Assembly (NCBI GenBank): GCA_002245135.1
Contig: NGBS01000304.1
Coordinates: 124,001 to 188,000 of the forward strand
DNA: 64,000 nucleotides
Origin: Proteromonas lacertae
Taxonomy: Eukaryota
Reading direction: 5' to 3'
Shown: one piece after another, positions 36,901-51,900 of the stretch
Position numbering within the stretch: the stretch's first letter is position 1
How the letters are laid out: each line of letters begins with the position of its first letter
Notes under the pieces: model-generated
Told to the model about the DNA's origin: nothing
Database searches by the model: none
What the model saw: only the letters and a program-made list of their open reading frames with translations
Translations under genes and position numbers: made by a program

Positions 36901-39900
36901 TTCAGTTTATCAACTTCTTCATTCAACTTCAACTTTGATTCTTCATTTTCTTTATTTATCTTTCGAATTCTTCTTTTAATGAGTAGAATTCTTTCATTTT
37001 TCATCTTTTTCTTTCAGTTTTTCAGATAGATTTAATAGAATTTCTTTTGATTTATTATTTTTCATTTCTTCTTTATTTCTCATTTCTTCTATTACATTTC
37101 TAATTCTTTTATCTTTTCATCTTTATTATCTACTCTTTCATTAGTATCTTCATTTTCTTCTTCATCTAGGACTATATTACTCTCATTATTGTTTTTCATT
37201 ATTTCTAATTCATTTCGTAATTCTTTTATCTCTTCTATAATTCTTCTTTTTCTTTAATTATTTCCGATAACTTGGATTTATCAGCATCTATCACTTCTTC
37301 TTCATATACTTTATTCTCACATGATTCTACTTTCTCTACTTTCACTTTATTCATCATCTTAAGTTCTTCATTCTCTTCCTCTTTCTTCATTAACTCTTCT
37401 TTCAATTTATACATCTCTTCACTCAATCTTTCATTTTCTTCTTTATTTTTTATATCATTTTTTATATCTATTTCTTTTTTCTTTAAATACATTAACTCAT
37501 TCTCTAATTCATTCTTTTCTTTTATTAATTCTTCATTATATAATCTTTCATTCTTATTTTCTTCTTTCAGTTTTTCTATTTCATCAATCATATCAACATT
37601 TTTATCTCTCATTTCATTCAACTCTTTCTCGATTGATTCTCTCTTATTAAATTCATTTCGAATCAATTCATTATTCTTAACGATTCGTAATTTTTTCTTT
37701 TTCTTTCATATCATTCATTTCTTTTAATAATAGATTTATCTCTTTCTCATTATCACATTTATCTTCAGATATATCTTCTTTTTTATTATTTATATTACAC
37801 TTTTCGACATCTTCTAACTTTTTACATAATTCAACTATATCATCTCGTAATCTATCATTCTCATGATTTAATCTCATTAATTCAGTATTTTCTTCTTTTA
37901 ATTTCTTCTTATTATCTTTTAATTCTTTTTCTAAACGATTATTCTTATTACGAATCTCATTCATCTTATTAACACTTTCTCTTATTTCACTTTCTTTTAC
38001 ATTCAAGTTCTTTTTCAATATTTCCATCTCTTTTAATAATCTTTCATTTTCATTCTTTAATAACAATTTTTCTTTTTCTTTTTCTTTTAATTCGTCAATC
38101 TCTTTACTCTTCACTTCTAATTCATTCTTGTAATCTTTCATATCTTTTAACTCATTACTCAATTTCTTATTCTTTTCTAACATATTATACATTATCTCTT
38201 TGTATTTTAAACATTTATTTTCATTTTCTTTCTTGTCATTCACATTCTTTTCTTTCAATTCACATATTTCATTCTTTAATTCTTTCTCTCTATTCATATC
38301 TTCTTCTCTCATTTCTTTTAATAATCTATCTTTCTCTTCTCTCATTATAATCATTTCAGCTTTTTCAGTCTTTAATCTTTCATTCTCTTTCTTATATTTA
38401 TTTAATCGATTATTTATCTCACACTCATTTTCTTCTTCTAATATCTTCTTTTGTTTCTTTAATTTTTCATTTGATACTCTCATTTGCTTTAATTCTTTTC
38501 AAATATTTCATTACTCTTTTCCATCTTCATAGTTAAATTATTTATTTCATTTATATATTTTTCATTTTCATTCGTTTTATCTTTCACTTTATTTATCTCA
38601 TCTTTTAATAACTCTTCTAATTTATTCAATCTATTCTTCAATTTATTATTCTTATTTTCCATTTCTTTTAATCTATCATTCAATTTCACATTCTCTTTAT
38701 TAACATCATTATCTTCATACATTTTTAGTTTTTCTTCTTTTAACTTATTCTCACTATTCAGCTTTCGTAATAATTCATTAAATTTTTCACTCTTATTCTT
38801 ATTTTCAACTTTCATCTCTTCCAACATTTTCTCTAATTCATTTACTTTAGCATCATCTTCATTTTCTTCTTTACATTTCAATATTTTATGAAGATTTTCG
38901 ATTTCTTTTCGTAAATTATCATTCTCTTTCATCATTACATTATATTTTTCTTCATATTCATCATCATCTTGTCTTAATAATTCACTATTTTCATTTAAAT
39001 TATTATTCATTTTTAATATATCTTCTTCGTTTCTATCATCATTCTCATTTATTTCACTTAAACCAAGTATATCTCCTTTATAGATTACATTCTCTTCCAC
39101 TTTCTCTTCTTTTCTTAGTTTATTCAATTCATTTTCATATTTCAATATTTCATTATGTAATTCCTCATTCTCTTTCTTCAATTCTTTTAATTTGTTTTTC
39201 TTTTCACTACTAAACTGACTAACATTATTCTTTAATTTTTCAAATATATTACTATTTTCTTCAGTACTTTCAATTATCAATGGAAGATTAACAGAACCTC
39301 TTCTTGAGAAAAAATTATTATTATTATTATTAGTTTGTTGTTTCTGTAATTTTACATTTGCTATATCAGTTTTCATCTTTTCTATTTCCTTCAAATTGTC
39401 TTTATAACTACAAATTAACGAATTAATTATATTATCTTCTTTAGATAACTTATAAATCAAATCAATGACCTCATTACTTGGATTTGAATGAGATGCGAAA
39501 TATTCTGAAATATATATAGGTAGTATATTTTCCGACTGAATTATTGGAATTCCAAGTATTTCTATATCATTAGATATGAATTCAAAATGATTTCTATGAA
39601 GTTGTAAGATTGATGAGATATTCATTTCTGTTTCTTTCATTATTTCATATTGACTTTTAAGCTTTGCTTGTAGTTCATCATTCTCAGCTTCTAACTTCAT
39701 CATTTTTTCAATAGATTCATCCAACGCATTAGATAAATATAATACTTGATCACTATCTGCTGTTGATATTAATTCATTTTCACTGGCAGACAAATGAGAT
39801 ACACTTTCAAAGACTATTATGTCAAAATTTATCAATTCATTTGTTTGAATGGTTTTATTACTTTCATTAGTAATTTGAATATTATTAATTTGTGATCTTA

Positions 39901-42900
39901 AATCATCTATTTCTCTTTCAAATTGATTGTTTTCTTCAATCATTTTTGTTATTCTATTGTTCAATAATTCTTCATTTTTCTCTTTTTCATTCTTTATTCA
40001 TTCAATTGATTCTCTAATTCAGTAATTTTCTTTTTATTATCTTCTTCCATTTCTTTTACTTTGGTTGTATATTCATTTTCATTATCTTTTAGTATCTTTT
40101 CAACATCATTTAATTTTATTACCATATAACTCAAATTCTCCTCAAGATCTTTCTTTTCATTCTTCAAAGCAGAAATAATTATATTTTGTTTATCAATTTT
40201 TGCTTTATTATAGTCTTTTAATTTATTATATTCAATTTCTCTATCATCTTTTTCTTGGATTAAGTTTTTATTTGTTTCTTTAATACTTTCTAATTCAGTC
40301 TTTATACTTCTTATTTTCATTTCATTTTCATCATTAATATCCACTAGCATTTTTGATTTTTCATTCAATTCTTCATTTATATTCTCCAATTTTGATATTC
40401 TACTCATTAGACTATCAACTTTATTCTTCATAAACTCATATTCAACCTTTATATTACACATCTGTTGGTTCAAATCTTCAATATACATTAGACTTTTCTC
40501 CTTTTCACATTTAATATATTCAACTTTTTCTTCCATTACTTCAAATGAATTATCTAACTTACTTTCTTCTACCATACTATTATCATTACTACAACTTTCT
40601 TCAATTTTACTATTATCAAATGATTTTATAAGATTTTTGATTCTTCTATTATCTTTCTTCAATAATGAAATCGAATTGTTTTTCTTTTCAATCTCATCTT
40701 TTGATTCTGAAATAATATACCTAAATTCTGTAATATCTATTGCTAGTTTTTCATTACTATTATTCAGTTCTTCCAATTCACAATTTAATTCGTTTATTGT
40801 AAACATATTATCGTTTGAAAGAGCTTCAAATTCTTTTTCCATATTTATCTTCTTCTTTTCTAATTCATCTTTAGAGACTTTTATTTCTTCTATTTCCTTT
40901 GTTAAATTGCTTATTTCTAAATTTTTATTTTCTATTATTTCTTCTTTCTGTTTCAATATAACTTCATCATTACTCTTTATTTCATTTTTAATCTTTATTA
41001 ATTCATACTTTTCATACCTCAATGTGTCTATTTCTTCTTCTTTCATAACTATTTCTTCATTTATTATTTGTAACTCATTTTTATTCTTATCTAATAATTC
41101 ATTTAACTCAATCATTATTCTTTCATTATTATTTATTTCTGTTTCTTTAGATTGTAATATAATGTTAAGGTTATTAATACTTTCATTGATTTGTATATTT
41201 TCTTCTTCAACTTCTTTCATTCTACCTTCAATTTATTAAATGTCTCTCTCATCATATCATTTTCTTTCTTTACTTGATCTATTTCATTTGCAAATTTGTA
41301 TTATTATCACTCAACTTTGTAATTTGATTTTTCAATTCGTTATTTTCAAATTTCAAAATATTATTATATTCCATTAAAGATGTAACATCACTTGTTAACT
41401 TTTCTATATTTTCACTGAATTCTTTATTACTAATTTCTAATGCTTCTTTATCATTTTTAATTCTCACATAATCATCTTCAATACAAGCTTTATCTAAGTA
41501 TAATTTCGCAAGCTCTTCTTTAATTTCAATTATTTTTTCAGATAATATTTTGAATTATACACTTCATCATCATAGTTTTTGGTTATTCTATTTAACACAT
41601 CATTTTTACAACTAAGTTCATAATTAAGACTAGATATAACTTCATTCAATCTTCGTAATTCATCTTTCAATTTATTTAACTCATCTTCATTTATTTCAAC
41701 TTTTTCTTTTACTTTCATTTCTTCTAATTCAACTTCATTTTTTACATCTTTTACTTTACTCATTTCTTCACTTTCTTTATTCTCACTTTCTAACTTATAT
41801 CGACTTAATTCTTCTTTCAATTCTTCATTCTCTTTCAATAAATCTTCTAATCGATCAGCATCTAACACTTTTATACTTTCTTTAACTTCTTCTTTATTAC
41901 TTTCTTTATCTTTTAGTTCATCATAGTATTTCTTTTCATTCTTTACACTCTCGTTTAATAACATCTCTAATCGATTGTTTTCTTCATTCAATCTTCGTAA
42001 TTCATCTTTCAATTTATTTAACTCATCTTCATTTACTTCAACTTTTTCTTTTACTTTCATTTCTTCGAATTCAACTTCATTTTTTACATCTTTTACTTTA
42101 CTCATTTCTTCACTTTCTTTATTCTCACTTTCTAACTTATATCGACTTAATTCTTCTTTCAATTCTTCATTCTCTTTCAATAAATCTTCTAATCGATCAG
42201 CATCTAACACTTTTATACTTTCTTTAACTTCTTCTTTATTATTTTCTTTATCTTTTAGTTCATCATAGTATTTCTTTTCATTCTTTACACTCTCGTTTAA
42301 TAACATCTCTAATCGATTGTTTTCTTCATTCAATCTTCGTAATTCATCTTTCAATTTATTTAACTCATCTTCATTTACTTCAACTTTTTCTTTTACTTTC
42401 ATTTCTTCGAATTCAACTTCATTTTTTACATCTTTTACTTTACTCATTTCTTCACTTTCTTTATTCTCACTTTCTAACTTATATCGACTTAATTCTTCTT
42501 TCAATTCTTCATTCTCTTTCAATAAATCTTCTAATCGATCAGCATCTAACACTTTTATACTTTCTTTAACTTCTTCTTTATTATTTTCTTTATCTTTTAG
42601 TTCATCATAGTATTTCTTTTCATTCTTTACACTCTCGTTTAATAACATCTCTAATCGATTGTTTTCTTCATTCAATCTTCGTAATTCATCTTTCAATTTA
42701 TTTAACTCATCTTCATTTACTTCAACTTTTTCTTTTACTTTCATTTCTTCGAATTCAACTTCATTTTTTACATCTTTTACTTTACTCATTTCTTCACTTT
42801 CTTTATTCTCACTTTCTAACTTATATCGACTTAATTCTTCTTTCAATTCTTCATTCTCTTTCAATAAATCTTCTAAATCGATCAGCATCTAACACTTTTA

Positions 42901-45900
42901 TACTTTCTTTAACTTCTTCTTTATTATTTTCTTTATCTTTTAGTTCATCATAGTATTTCTTTTCATTCTTTACACTCTCGTTTAATAACATCTCTAATCG
43001 ATTGTTTTCTTCATTCAATCTTCGTAATTCATCTTTCAATTTATTTAACTCATCTTCATTTACTTCAACTTTTTCTTTTACTTTCATTTCATCAAGTTCT
43101 TTCTTCATTCTTCATTTTCTTTCAATACATTACCACTTCTTCTCGAATCTTTTCTATATCTTCTTCACTTTCATATATTTTTCTTCTATATCTTCATTCA
43201 TATTCTATCATTTCCAACATTTCTTTGTTTAATCGTAACTCTTCTTCTTCATTCAATTTTCTTTTCTATTTCATTACAAAACCAAGTTTTTCACTTTTAT
43301 AGATAAACTATATTATTCTTCTTTATTACTTTGCATTTTCATTTTCTTTAATCTTTCTTTCAATTTTCATTCTCTTTCAATAATCTTCTATCGTCAGCAT
43401 CTAACTTTTTATCTTTCTTTTATTCTTCTTTATTTATTTTCTTTATCTTTTAGTTCATCATAGTATTCTTTTCATTCTTTACACTCTCGTTTAATAACAT
43501 CTCTAATCGATTGTTTTCTTCATTCAATCTTCGTAATTCATCTTTCAATTTATTTAACTCATCTTCATTTACTTCAACTTTTCTTTTACTTTCATTTCTT
43601 CGAATTCAACTTCATTTTTTACATCTTTTACTTTACTCATTTCTTCACTTTCTTTATTCTCACTTTCTAACTTATATCGACTTAATTCTTCTTTCAATTC
43701 TTCATTCTCTTTCAATAAAATCTTCTAATCGATCAGCATCTAACACTTTTTATACTTTCTTTAACTTCTTCTTTATTATTTTCTTTATCTTTTAGTTCAT
43801 CATAGTATTCTTTTCATTCTTTTACACTCTCGTTTAATAACATCTCTAATCGATTGTTTTCTTCATTCAATCTTCGTAATTCATCTTTCAATTTATTTAA
43901 CTCATCTTCATTTACTTCACTTTTTCTTTTACTTTCATTTCTTCGAATTCAACTTCATTTTTTACATCTTTTACTTACTCATTTCTTCACTTTCTTTATT
44001 CTCACTTTCTAACTTATATCGACTTAATTCTTCTTTCAATTCTTCATTCTCTTTCAATAAATCTTCTAATCGATCAGCATCTAACACTTTTATACTTTCT
44101 TTAACTTCTTCTTTATTATTTTCTTTATCTTTTAGTTCATCATAGTATTTCTTTTCATTTTTACACTCTCGTTTAATAACATCTCTAATCGATTGTTTTC
44201 TTCATTCAATCTTCGTATTCATCTTTCAATTTATTTAACTCATCTTCATTTACTTCAACTTTTTCTACTTTTTTCATCTTTTTTCTTCATTTTCTTTCAA
44301 TAACATTACCACTTCTTCTCGAATCTTTCTATATTTCTTCACTTTCATATATTTCTTCTTCTATTCTTCATTCATTCTATCATTTCAACATTTCTTTGTT
44401 TATCTACTTTCTTTCATTCATTCTTCACTTTCTATTTCATTACTCAATTCTTCACTTTATAATCTATTATTCTTCTATTACTTTGCATTTCATTTCTTAA
44501 TCTTCTTCAATCTCATTCTCTTTCAATAAATCTTCTAATCGATCAGCATCTAACACTTTTATACTTTCTTTAACTTCTTCTTTATTATTTTCTTTATCTT
44601 TTAGTTCATCATAGTATTTCTTTTCATTCTTTACACTCTCGTTTAATAACATCTCTAATCGATTGTTTTCTTCATTCAATCTTCGTAATTCATCTTTCAA
44701 TTTATTTAACTCATCTTCATTTACTTCAACTTTTTCTTTTACTTTCATTTCTTCGAATTCAACTTCATTTTTTACATCTTTTACTTTACTCATTTCTTCA
44801 CTTTCTTTATTCTCACTTTCTAACTTATATCGACTTAATTCTTCTTTCAATTCTTCATTCTCTTTCAATAAATCTTCTAATCGATCAGCATCTAACACTT
44901 TTATACTTTCTTTAACTTCTTCTTTATTATTTTCTTTATCTTTTAGTTCATCATAGTATTTCTTTTCATTCTTTACACTCTCGTTTAATAACATCTCTAA
45001 TCGATTGTTTTCTTCATTCAATCTTCGTAATTCATCTTTCAATTTATTTAACTCATCTTCATTTACTTCAACTTTTTCTTTTACTTTCATTTCTTCGAAT
45101 TCAACTTCATTTTTTACATCTTTTACTTTACTCATTTCTTCACTTTCTTTATTCTCACTTTCTAACTTATATCGACTTAATTCTTCTTTCAATTCTTCAT
45201 TCTCTTTCAATAAATCTTCTAATCGATCAGCATCTAACACTTTTATACTTTCTTTAACTTCTTCTTTATTATTTTCTTTATCTTTTAGTTCATCATAGTA
45301 TTTCTTTTCATTCTTTACACTCTCGTTTAATAACATCTCTAATCGATTGTTTTCTTCATTCAATCTTCGTAATTCATCTTTCAATTTATTTAACTCATCT
45401 TCATTTACTTCAACTTTTTCTTTTACTTTCATTTCTTCGAATTCAACTTCATTTTTTACATCTTTTACTTTACTCATTTCTTCACTTTCTTTATTCTCAC
45501 TTTCTAACTTATATCGACTTAATTCTTCTTTCAATTCTTCATTCTCTTTCAATAAATCTTCTAATCGATCAGCATCTAACACTTTTATACTTTCTTTAAC
45601 TTCTTCTTTATTATTTTCTTTATCTTTTAGTTCATCATAGTATTTCTTTTCATTCTTTACACTCTCGTTTAATAACATCTCTAATCGATTGTTTTCTTCA
45701 TTCAATCTTCGTAATTCATCTTTCAATTTATTTAACTCATCTTCATTTACTTCAACTTTTTCTTTTACTTTCATTTCTTCGAATTCAACTTCATTTTTTA
45801 CATCTTTTACTTTACTCATTTCTTCACTTTCTTTATTCTCACTTTCTAACTTATATCGACTTAATTCTTCTTTCAATTCTTCATTCTCTTTCAATAAAAT

Positions 45901-48900
45901 CTTCTAATCGATCAGCATCTAACACTTTTATACTTTCTTTAACTTCTTCTTTATTATTTTCTTTATCTTTTAGTTCATCATAGTATTTCTTTTCATTCTT
46001 TACACTCTCGTTTAATAACATCTCTAATCGATTGTTTTCTTCATTCAATCTTCGTAATTCATCTTTCAATTTATTTAACTCATCTTCATTTACTTCAACT
46101 TTTTCTTTTACTTTCATTTCTTCGAATTCAACTTCATTTTTTACATCTTTTACTTTACTCATTTCTTCACTTTCTTTATTCTCACTTTCTAACTTATATC
46201 GACTTAATTCTTCTTTCAATTCTTCATTCTCTTTCAATAAATCTTCTAATCGATCAGCATCTAACACTTTTATACTTTCTTTAACTTCTTCTTTATTATT
46301 TTCTTTATCTTTTAGTTCATCATAGTATTTCTTTTCATTCTTTACACTCTCGTTTAATAACATCTCTAATCGATTGTTTTCTTCATTCAATCTTCGTAAT
46401 TCATCTTTCAATTTATTTAACTCATCTTCATTTACTTCAACTTTTTCTTTTACTTTCATTTCTTCGAATTCAACTTCATTTTTTACATCTTTTACTTTAC
46501 TCATTTCTTCACTTTCTTTATTCTCACTTTCTAACTTATATCGACTTAATTCTTCTTTCAATTCTTCATTCTCTTTCAATAAATCTTCTAATCGATCAGC
46601 ATCTAACACTTTTATACTTTCTTTAACTTCTTCTTTATTATTTTCTTTATCTTTTAGTTCATCATAGTATTTCTTTTCATTCTTTACACTCTCGTTTAAT
46701 AACATCTCTAATCGATTGTTTTCTTCATTCAATCTTCGTAATTCATCTTTCAATTTATTTAACTCATCTTCATTTACTTCAACTTTTTCTTTTACTTTCA
46801 TTTCTTCGAATTCAACTTCATTTTTTACATCTTTTACTTTACTCATTTCTTCACTTTCTTTATTCTCACTTTCTAACTTATATCGACTTAATTCTTCTTT
46901 CAATTCTTCATTCTCTTTCAATAAATCTTCTAATCGATCAGCATCTAACACTTTTATACTTTCTTTAACTTCTTCTTTATTATTTTCTTTATCTTTTAGT
47001 TCATCATAGTATTTCTTTTCATTCTTTACACTCTCGTTTAATAACATCTCTAATCGATTGTTTTCTTCATTCAATCTTCGTAATTCATCTTTCAATTTAT
47101 TTAACTCATCTTCATTTACTTCAACTTTTTCTTTTACTTTCATTTCTTCGAATTCAACTTCATTTTTTACATCTTTTACTTTACTCATTTCTTCACTTTC
47201 TTTATTCTCACTTTCTAACTTATATCGACTTAATTCTTCTTTCAATTCTTCATTCTCTTTCAATAAATCTTCTAATCGATCAGCATCTAACACTTTTATA
47301 CTTTCTTTAACTTCTTCTTTATTATTTTCTTTATCTTTTAGTTCATCATAGTATTTCTTTTCATTCTTTACACTCTCGTTTAATAACATCTCTAATCGAT
47401 TGTTTTCTTCATTCAATCTTCGTAATTCATCTTTCAATTTATTTAACTCATCTTCATTTACTTCAACTTTTTCTTTTACTTTCATTTCTTCTAATTCAAC
47501 TTCATTTTTTACATCTTTTACTTTACTCATTTCTTCACTTTCTTTATTCTCACTTTCTAACTTATATCGACTTAATTCTTCTTTCAATTCTTCATTCTCT
47601 TTCAATAAATCTTCTAATCGATCAGCATCTAACACTTTTATACTTTCTTTAACTTCTTCTTTATTATTTTCTTTATCTTTTAGTTCATCATAGTATTTCT
47701 TTTCATTCTTTACACTCTCGTTTAATAACATCTCTAATCGATTGTTTTCTTCATTCAATCTTCGTAATTCATCTTTCAATTTATTTAACTCATCTTCATT
47801 TACTTCAACTTTTTCTTTTACTTTCATTTCTTCGAATTCAACTTCATTTTTTACATCTTTTACTTTACTCATTTCTTCACTTTCTTTATTCTCACTTTCT
47901 AACTTATATCGACTTAATTCTTCTTTCAATTCTTCATTCTCTTTCAATAAATCTTCTAATCGATCAGCATCTAACACTTTTATACTTTCTTTAACTTCTT
48001 CTTTATTATTTTCTTTATCTTTTAGTTCATCATAGTATTTCTTTTCATTCTTTACACTCTCGTTTAATAACATCTCTAATCGATTGTTTTCTTCATTCAA
48101 TCTTCGTAATTCATCTTTCAATTTATTTAACTCATCTTCATTTACTTCAACTTTTTCTTTTACTTTCATTTCTTCGAATTCAACTTCATTTTTTACATCT
48201 TTTACTTTACTCATTTCTTCACTTTCTTTATTCTCACTTTCTAACTTATATCGACTTAATTCTTCTTTCAATTCTTCATTCTCTTTCAATAAATCTTCTA
48301 ATCGATCAGCATCTAACACTTTTATACTTTCTTTAACTTCTTCTTTATTATTTTCTTTATCTTTTAGTTCATCATAGTATTTCTTTTCATTCTTTACACT
48401 CTCGTTTAATAACATCTCTAATCGATTGTTTTCTTCATTCAATCTTCGTAATTCATCTTTCAATTTATTTAACTCATCTTCATTTACTTCAACTTTTTCT
48501 TTTACTTTCATTTCTTCGAATTCAACTTCATTTTTTACATCTTTTACTTTACTCATTTCTTCACTTTCTTTATTCTCACTTTCTAACTTATATCGACTTA
48601 ATTCTTCTTTCAATTCTTCATTCTCTTTCAATAAATCTTCTAATCGATCAGCATCTAACACTTTTATACTTTCTTTAACTTCTTCTTTATTATTTTCTTT
48701 ATCTTTTAGTTCATCATAGTATTTCTTTTCATTCTTTACACTCTCGTTTAATAACATCTCTAATCGATTGTTTTCTTCATTCAATCTTCGTAATTCATCT
48801 TTCAATTTATTTAACTCATCTTCATTTACTTCAACTTTTTCTTTTACTTTCATTTCTTCGAATTCAACTTCATTTTTTACATCTTTTACTTTACTCATTT

Positions 48901-51900
48901 CTTCACTTTCTTTATTCTCACTTTCTAACTTATATCGACTTAATTCTTCTTTCAATTCTTCATTCTCTTTCAATAAATCTTCTAATCGATCAGCATCTAA
49001 CACTTTTATACTTTCTTTAACTTCTTCTTTATTATTTTCTTTATCTTTTAGTTCATCATAGTATTTCTTTTCATTCTTTACACTCTCGTTTAATAACATC
49101 TCTAATCGATTGTTTTCTTCATTCAATCTTCGTAATTCATCTTTCAATTTATTTAACTCATCTTCATTTACTTCAACTTTTTCTTTTACTTTCATTTCAT
49201 CAAGTTCTTTCTTCATTTCTTCATTTTCTTTCAATAACATTACCACTTCTTCTCGAATCTTTTCTATATCTTCTTCACTTTCATATATTTCTTCTTCTAT
49301 ATCTTCATTCATATTCTCATCATTTCCAAACATTTCTTTGTTTAATCGTAACTCTTCTTCTTCATTCAATTCTTCATTTCTATTTCATTACACAAACCAA
49401 GTTTTTCACTTTTATAGATAACTATATTATTCTTCTTTATTACTTTGGCATTTTCCATTTTCTTTAATCTTTCTTTCAATTCTTCATTCTCTTTCAATAA
49501 ATCTTCTAATCGATCAGCATCTAACACTTTTATACTTTCTTTAACTTCTTCTTTATTATTTTCTTTATCTTTTAGTTCATCATAGTATTTCTTTTCATTC
49601 TTTACACTCTCGTTTAATAACATCTCTAATCGATTGTTTTCTTCATTCAATCTTCGTAATTCATCTTTCAATTTATTTAACTCATCTTCATTTACTTCAA
49701 CTTTTTCTTTTACTTTCATTTCTTCGAATTCAACTTCATTTTTTACATCTTTTACTTTACTCATTTCTTCACTTTCTTTATTCTCACTTTCTAACTTATA
49801 TCGACTTAATTCTTCTTTCAATTCTTCATTCTCTTTCAATAAATCTTCTAATCGATCAGCATCTAACACTTTTATACTTTCTTTAACTTCTTCTTTATTA
49901 TTTTCTTTATCTTTTAGTTCATCATAGTATTTCTTTTCATTCTTTACACTCTCGTTTAATAACATCTCTAATCGATTGTTTTCTTCATTCAATCTTCGTA
50001 ATTCATCTTTCAATTTATTTAACTCATCTTCATTTACTTCAACTTTTTCTTTTACTTTCATTTCTTCGAATTCAACTTCATTTTTTACATCTTTTACTTT
50101 ACTCATTTCTTCACTTTCTTTATTCTCACTTTCTAACTTATATCGACTTAATTCTTCTTTCAATTCTTCATTCTCTTTCAATAAATCTTCTAATCGATCA
50201 GCATCTAACACTTTTATACTTTCTTTAACTTCTTCTTTATTATTTTCTTTATCTTTTAGTTCATCATAGTATTTCTTTTCATTCTTTACACTCTCGTTTA
50301 ATAACATCTCTAATCGATTGTTTTCTTCATTCAATCTTCGTAATTCATCTTTCAATTTATTTAACTCATCTTCATTTACTTCAACTTTTTCTTTTACTTT
50401 CATTTCTTCGAATTCAACTTCATTTTTTACATCTTTTACTTTACTCATTTCTTCACTTTCTTTATTCTCACTTTCTAACTTATATCGACTTAATTCTTCT
50501 TTCAATTCTTCATTCTCTTTCAATAAATCTTCTAATCGATCAGCATCTAACACTTTTATACTTTCTTTAACTTCTTCTTTATTATTTTCTTTATCTTTTA
50601 GTTCATCATAGTATTTCTTTTCATTCTTTACACTCTCGTTTAATAACATCTCTAATCGATTGTTTTCTTCATTCAATCTTCGTAATTCATCTTTCAATTT
50701 ATTTAACTCATCTTCATTTACTTCAACTTTTTCTTTTACTTTCATTTCTTCGAATTCAACTTCATTTTTTACATCTTTTACTTTACTCATTTCTTCACTT
50801 TCTTTATTCTCACTTTCTAACTTATATCGACTTAATTCTTCTTTCAATTCTTCATTCTCTTTCAATAAATCTTCTAATCGATCAGCATCTAACACTTTTA
50901 TACTTTCTTTAACTTCTTCTTTATTATTTTCTTTATCTTTTAGTTCATCATAGTATTTCTTTTCATTCTTTACACTCTCGTTTAATAACATCTCTAATCG
51001 ATTGTTTTCTTCATTCAATCTTCGTAATTCATCTTTCAATTTATTTAACTCATCTTCATTTACTTCAACTTTTTCTTTTACTTTCATTTCTTCGAATTCA
51101 ACTTCATTTTTTACATCTTTTACTTTACTCATTTCTTCACTTTCTTTATTCTCACTTTCTAACTTATATCGACTTAATTCTTCTTTCAATTCTTCATTCT
51201 CTTTCAATAAATCTTCTAATCGATCAGCATCTAACACTTTTATACTTTCTTTAACTTCTTCTTTATTATTTTCTTTATCTTTTAGTTCATCATAGTATTT
51301 CTTTTCATTCTTTACACTCTCGTTTAATAACATCTCTAATCGATTGTTTTCTTCATTCAATCTTCGTAATTCATCTTTCAATTTATTTAACTCATCTTCA
51401 TTTACTTCAACTTTTTCTTTTACTTTCATTTCATCAAGTTCTTTCTTCATTTCTTCATTTTCTTTCAATAACATTACCACTTCTTCTCGAATCTTTTCTA
51501 TATCTTCTTCACTTTCATATATTTCTTCTTCTATATCTTCATTCATATTCTCATCATTTCCAAACATTTCTTTGTTTAATCGTAACTCTTCTTCTTCATT
51601 CAATTCTTCATTTTCTATTTCATTACACAAACCAAGTTTTTCACTTTTATAGATAACTATATTATTCTTCTTTATTACTTTGGCATTTTCCATTTTCTTT
51701 AATCTTTCTTTCAATTCTTCATTCTCTTTCAATAAATCTTCTAATCGATCATTATCATCATCGACAGTAAGTTCATTTTCACTCAATTTGTTCTTCAATA
51801 ATTCAATTTCTTCTTCCAAGTTACACTTATCTTCATTCAATTCATTGATTTCATTCTCTAAGTTTTTAATCTTTTCATTATCTATCACTATATCTCCATT

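Noticed and set aside
43100..44520. Pseudogenised or anciently diverged repeat copies
   Set aside because: Differences are mostly scattered short deletions relative to perfect neighbours, typical of unpolished reads.
36385..49380. Programmed ribosomal frameshifting in the giant gene (several AAA-TAR-like breaks, e.g. 41279 and 41530)
   Set aside because: The breaks are fixed by single bases in A/T homopolymers, and where intact repeat copies exist they show the corrected sequence. Long-read consensus error is more parsimonious.
41640..51750. CRISPR array, telomere or non-coding satellite
   Set aside because: The unit is 342 nt, frame-preserving and protein-coding, has no unique spacers, and the context is eukaryotic.
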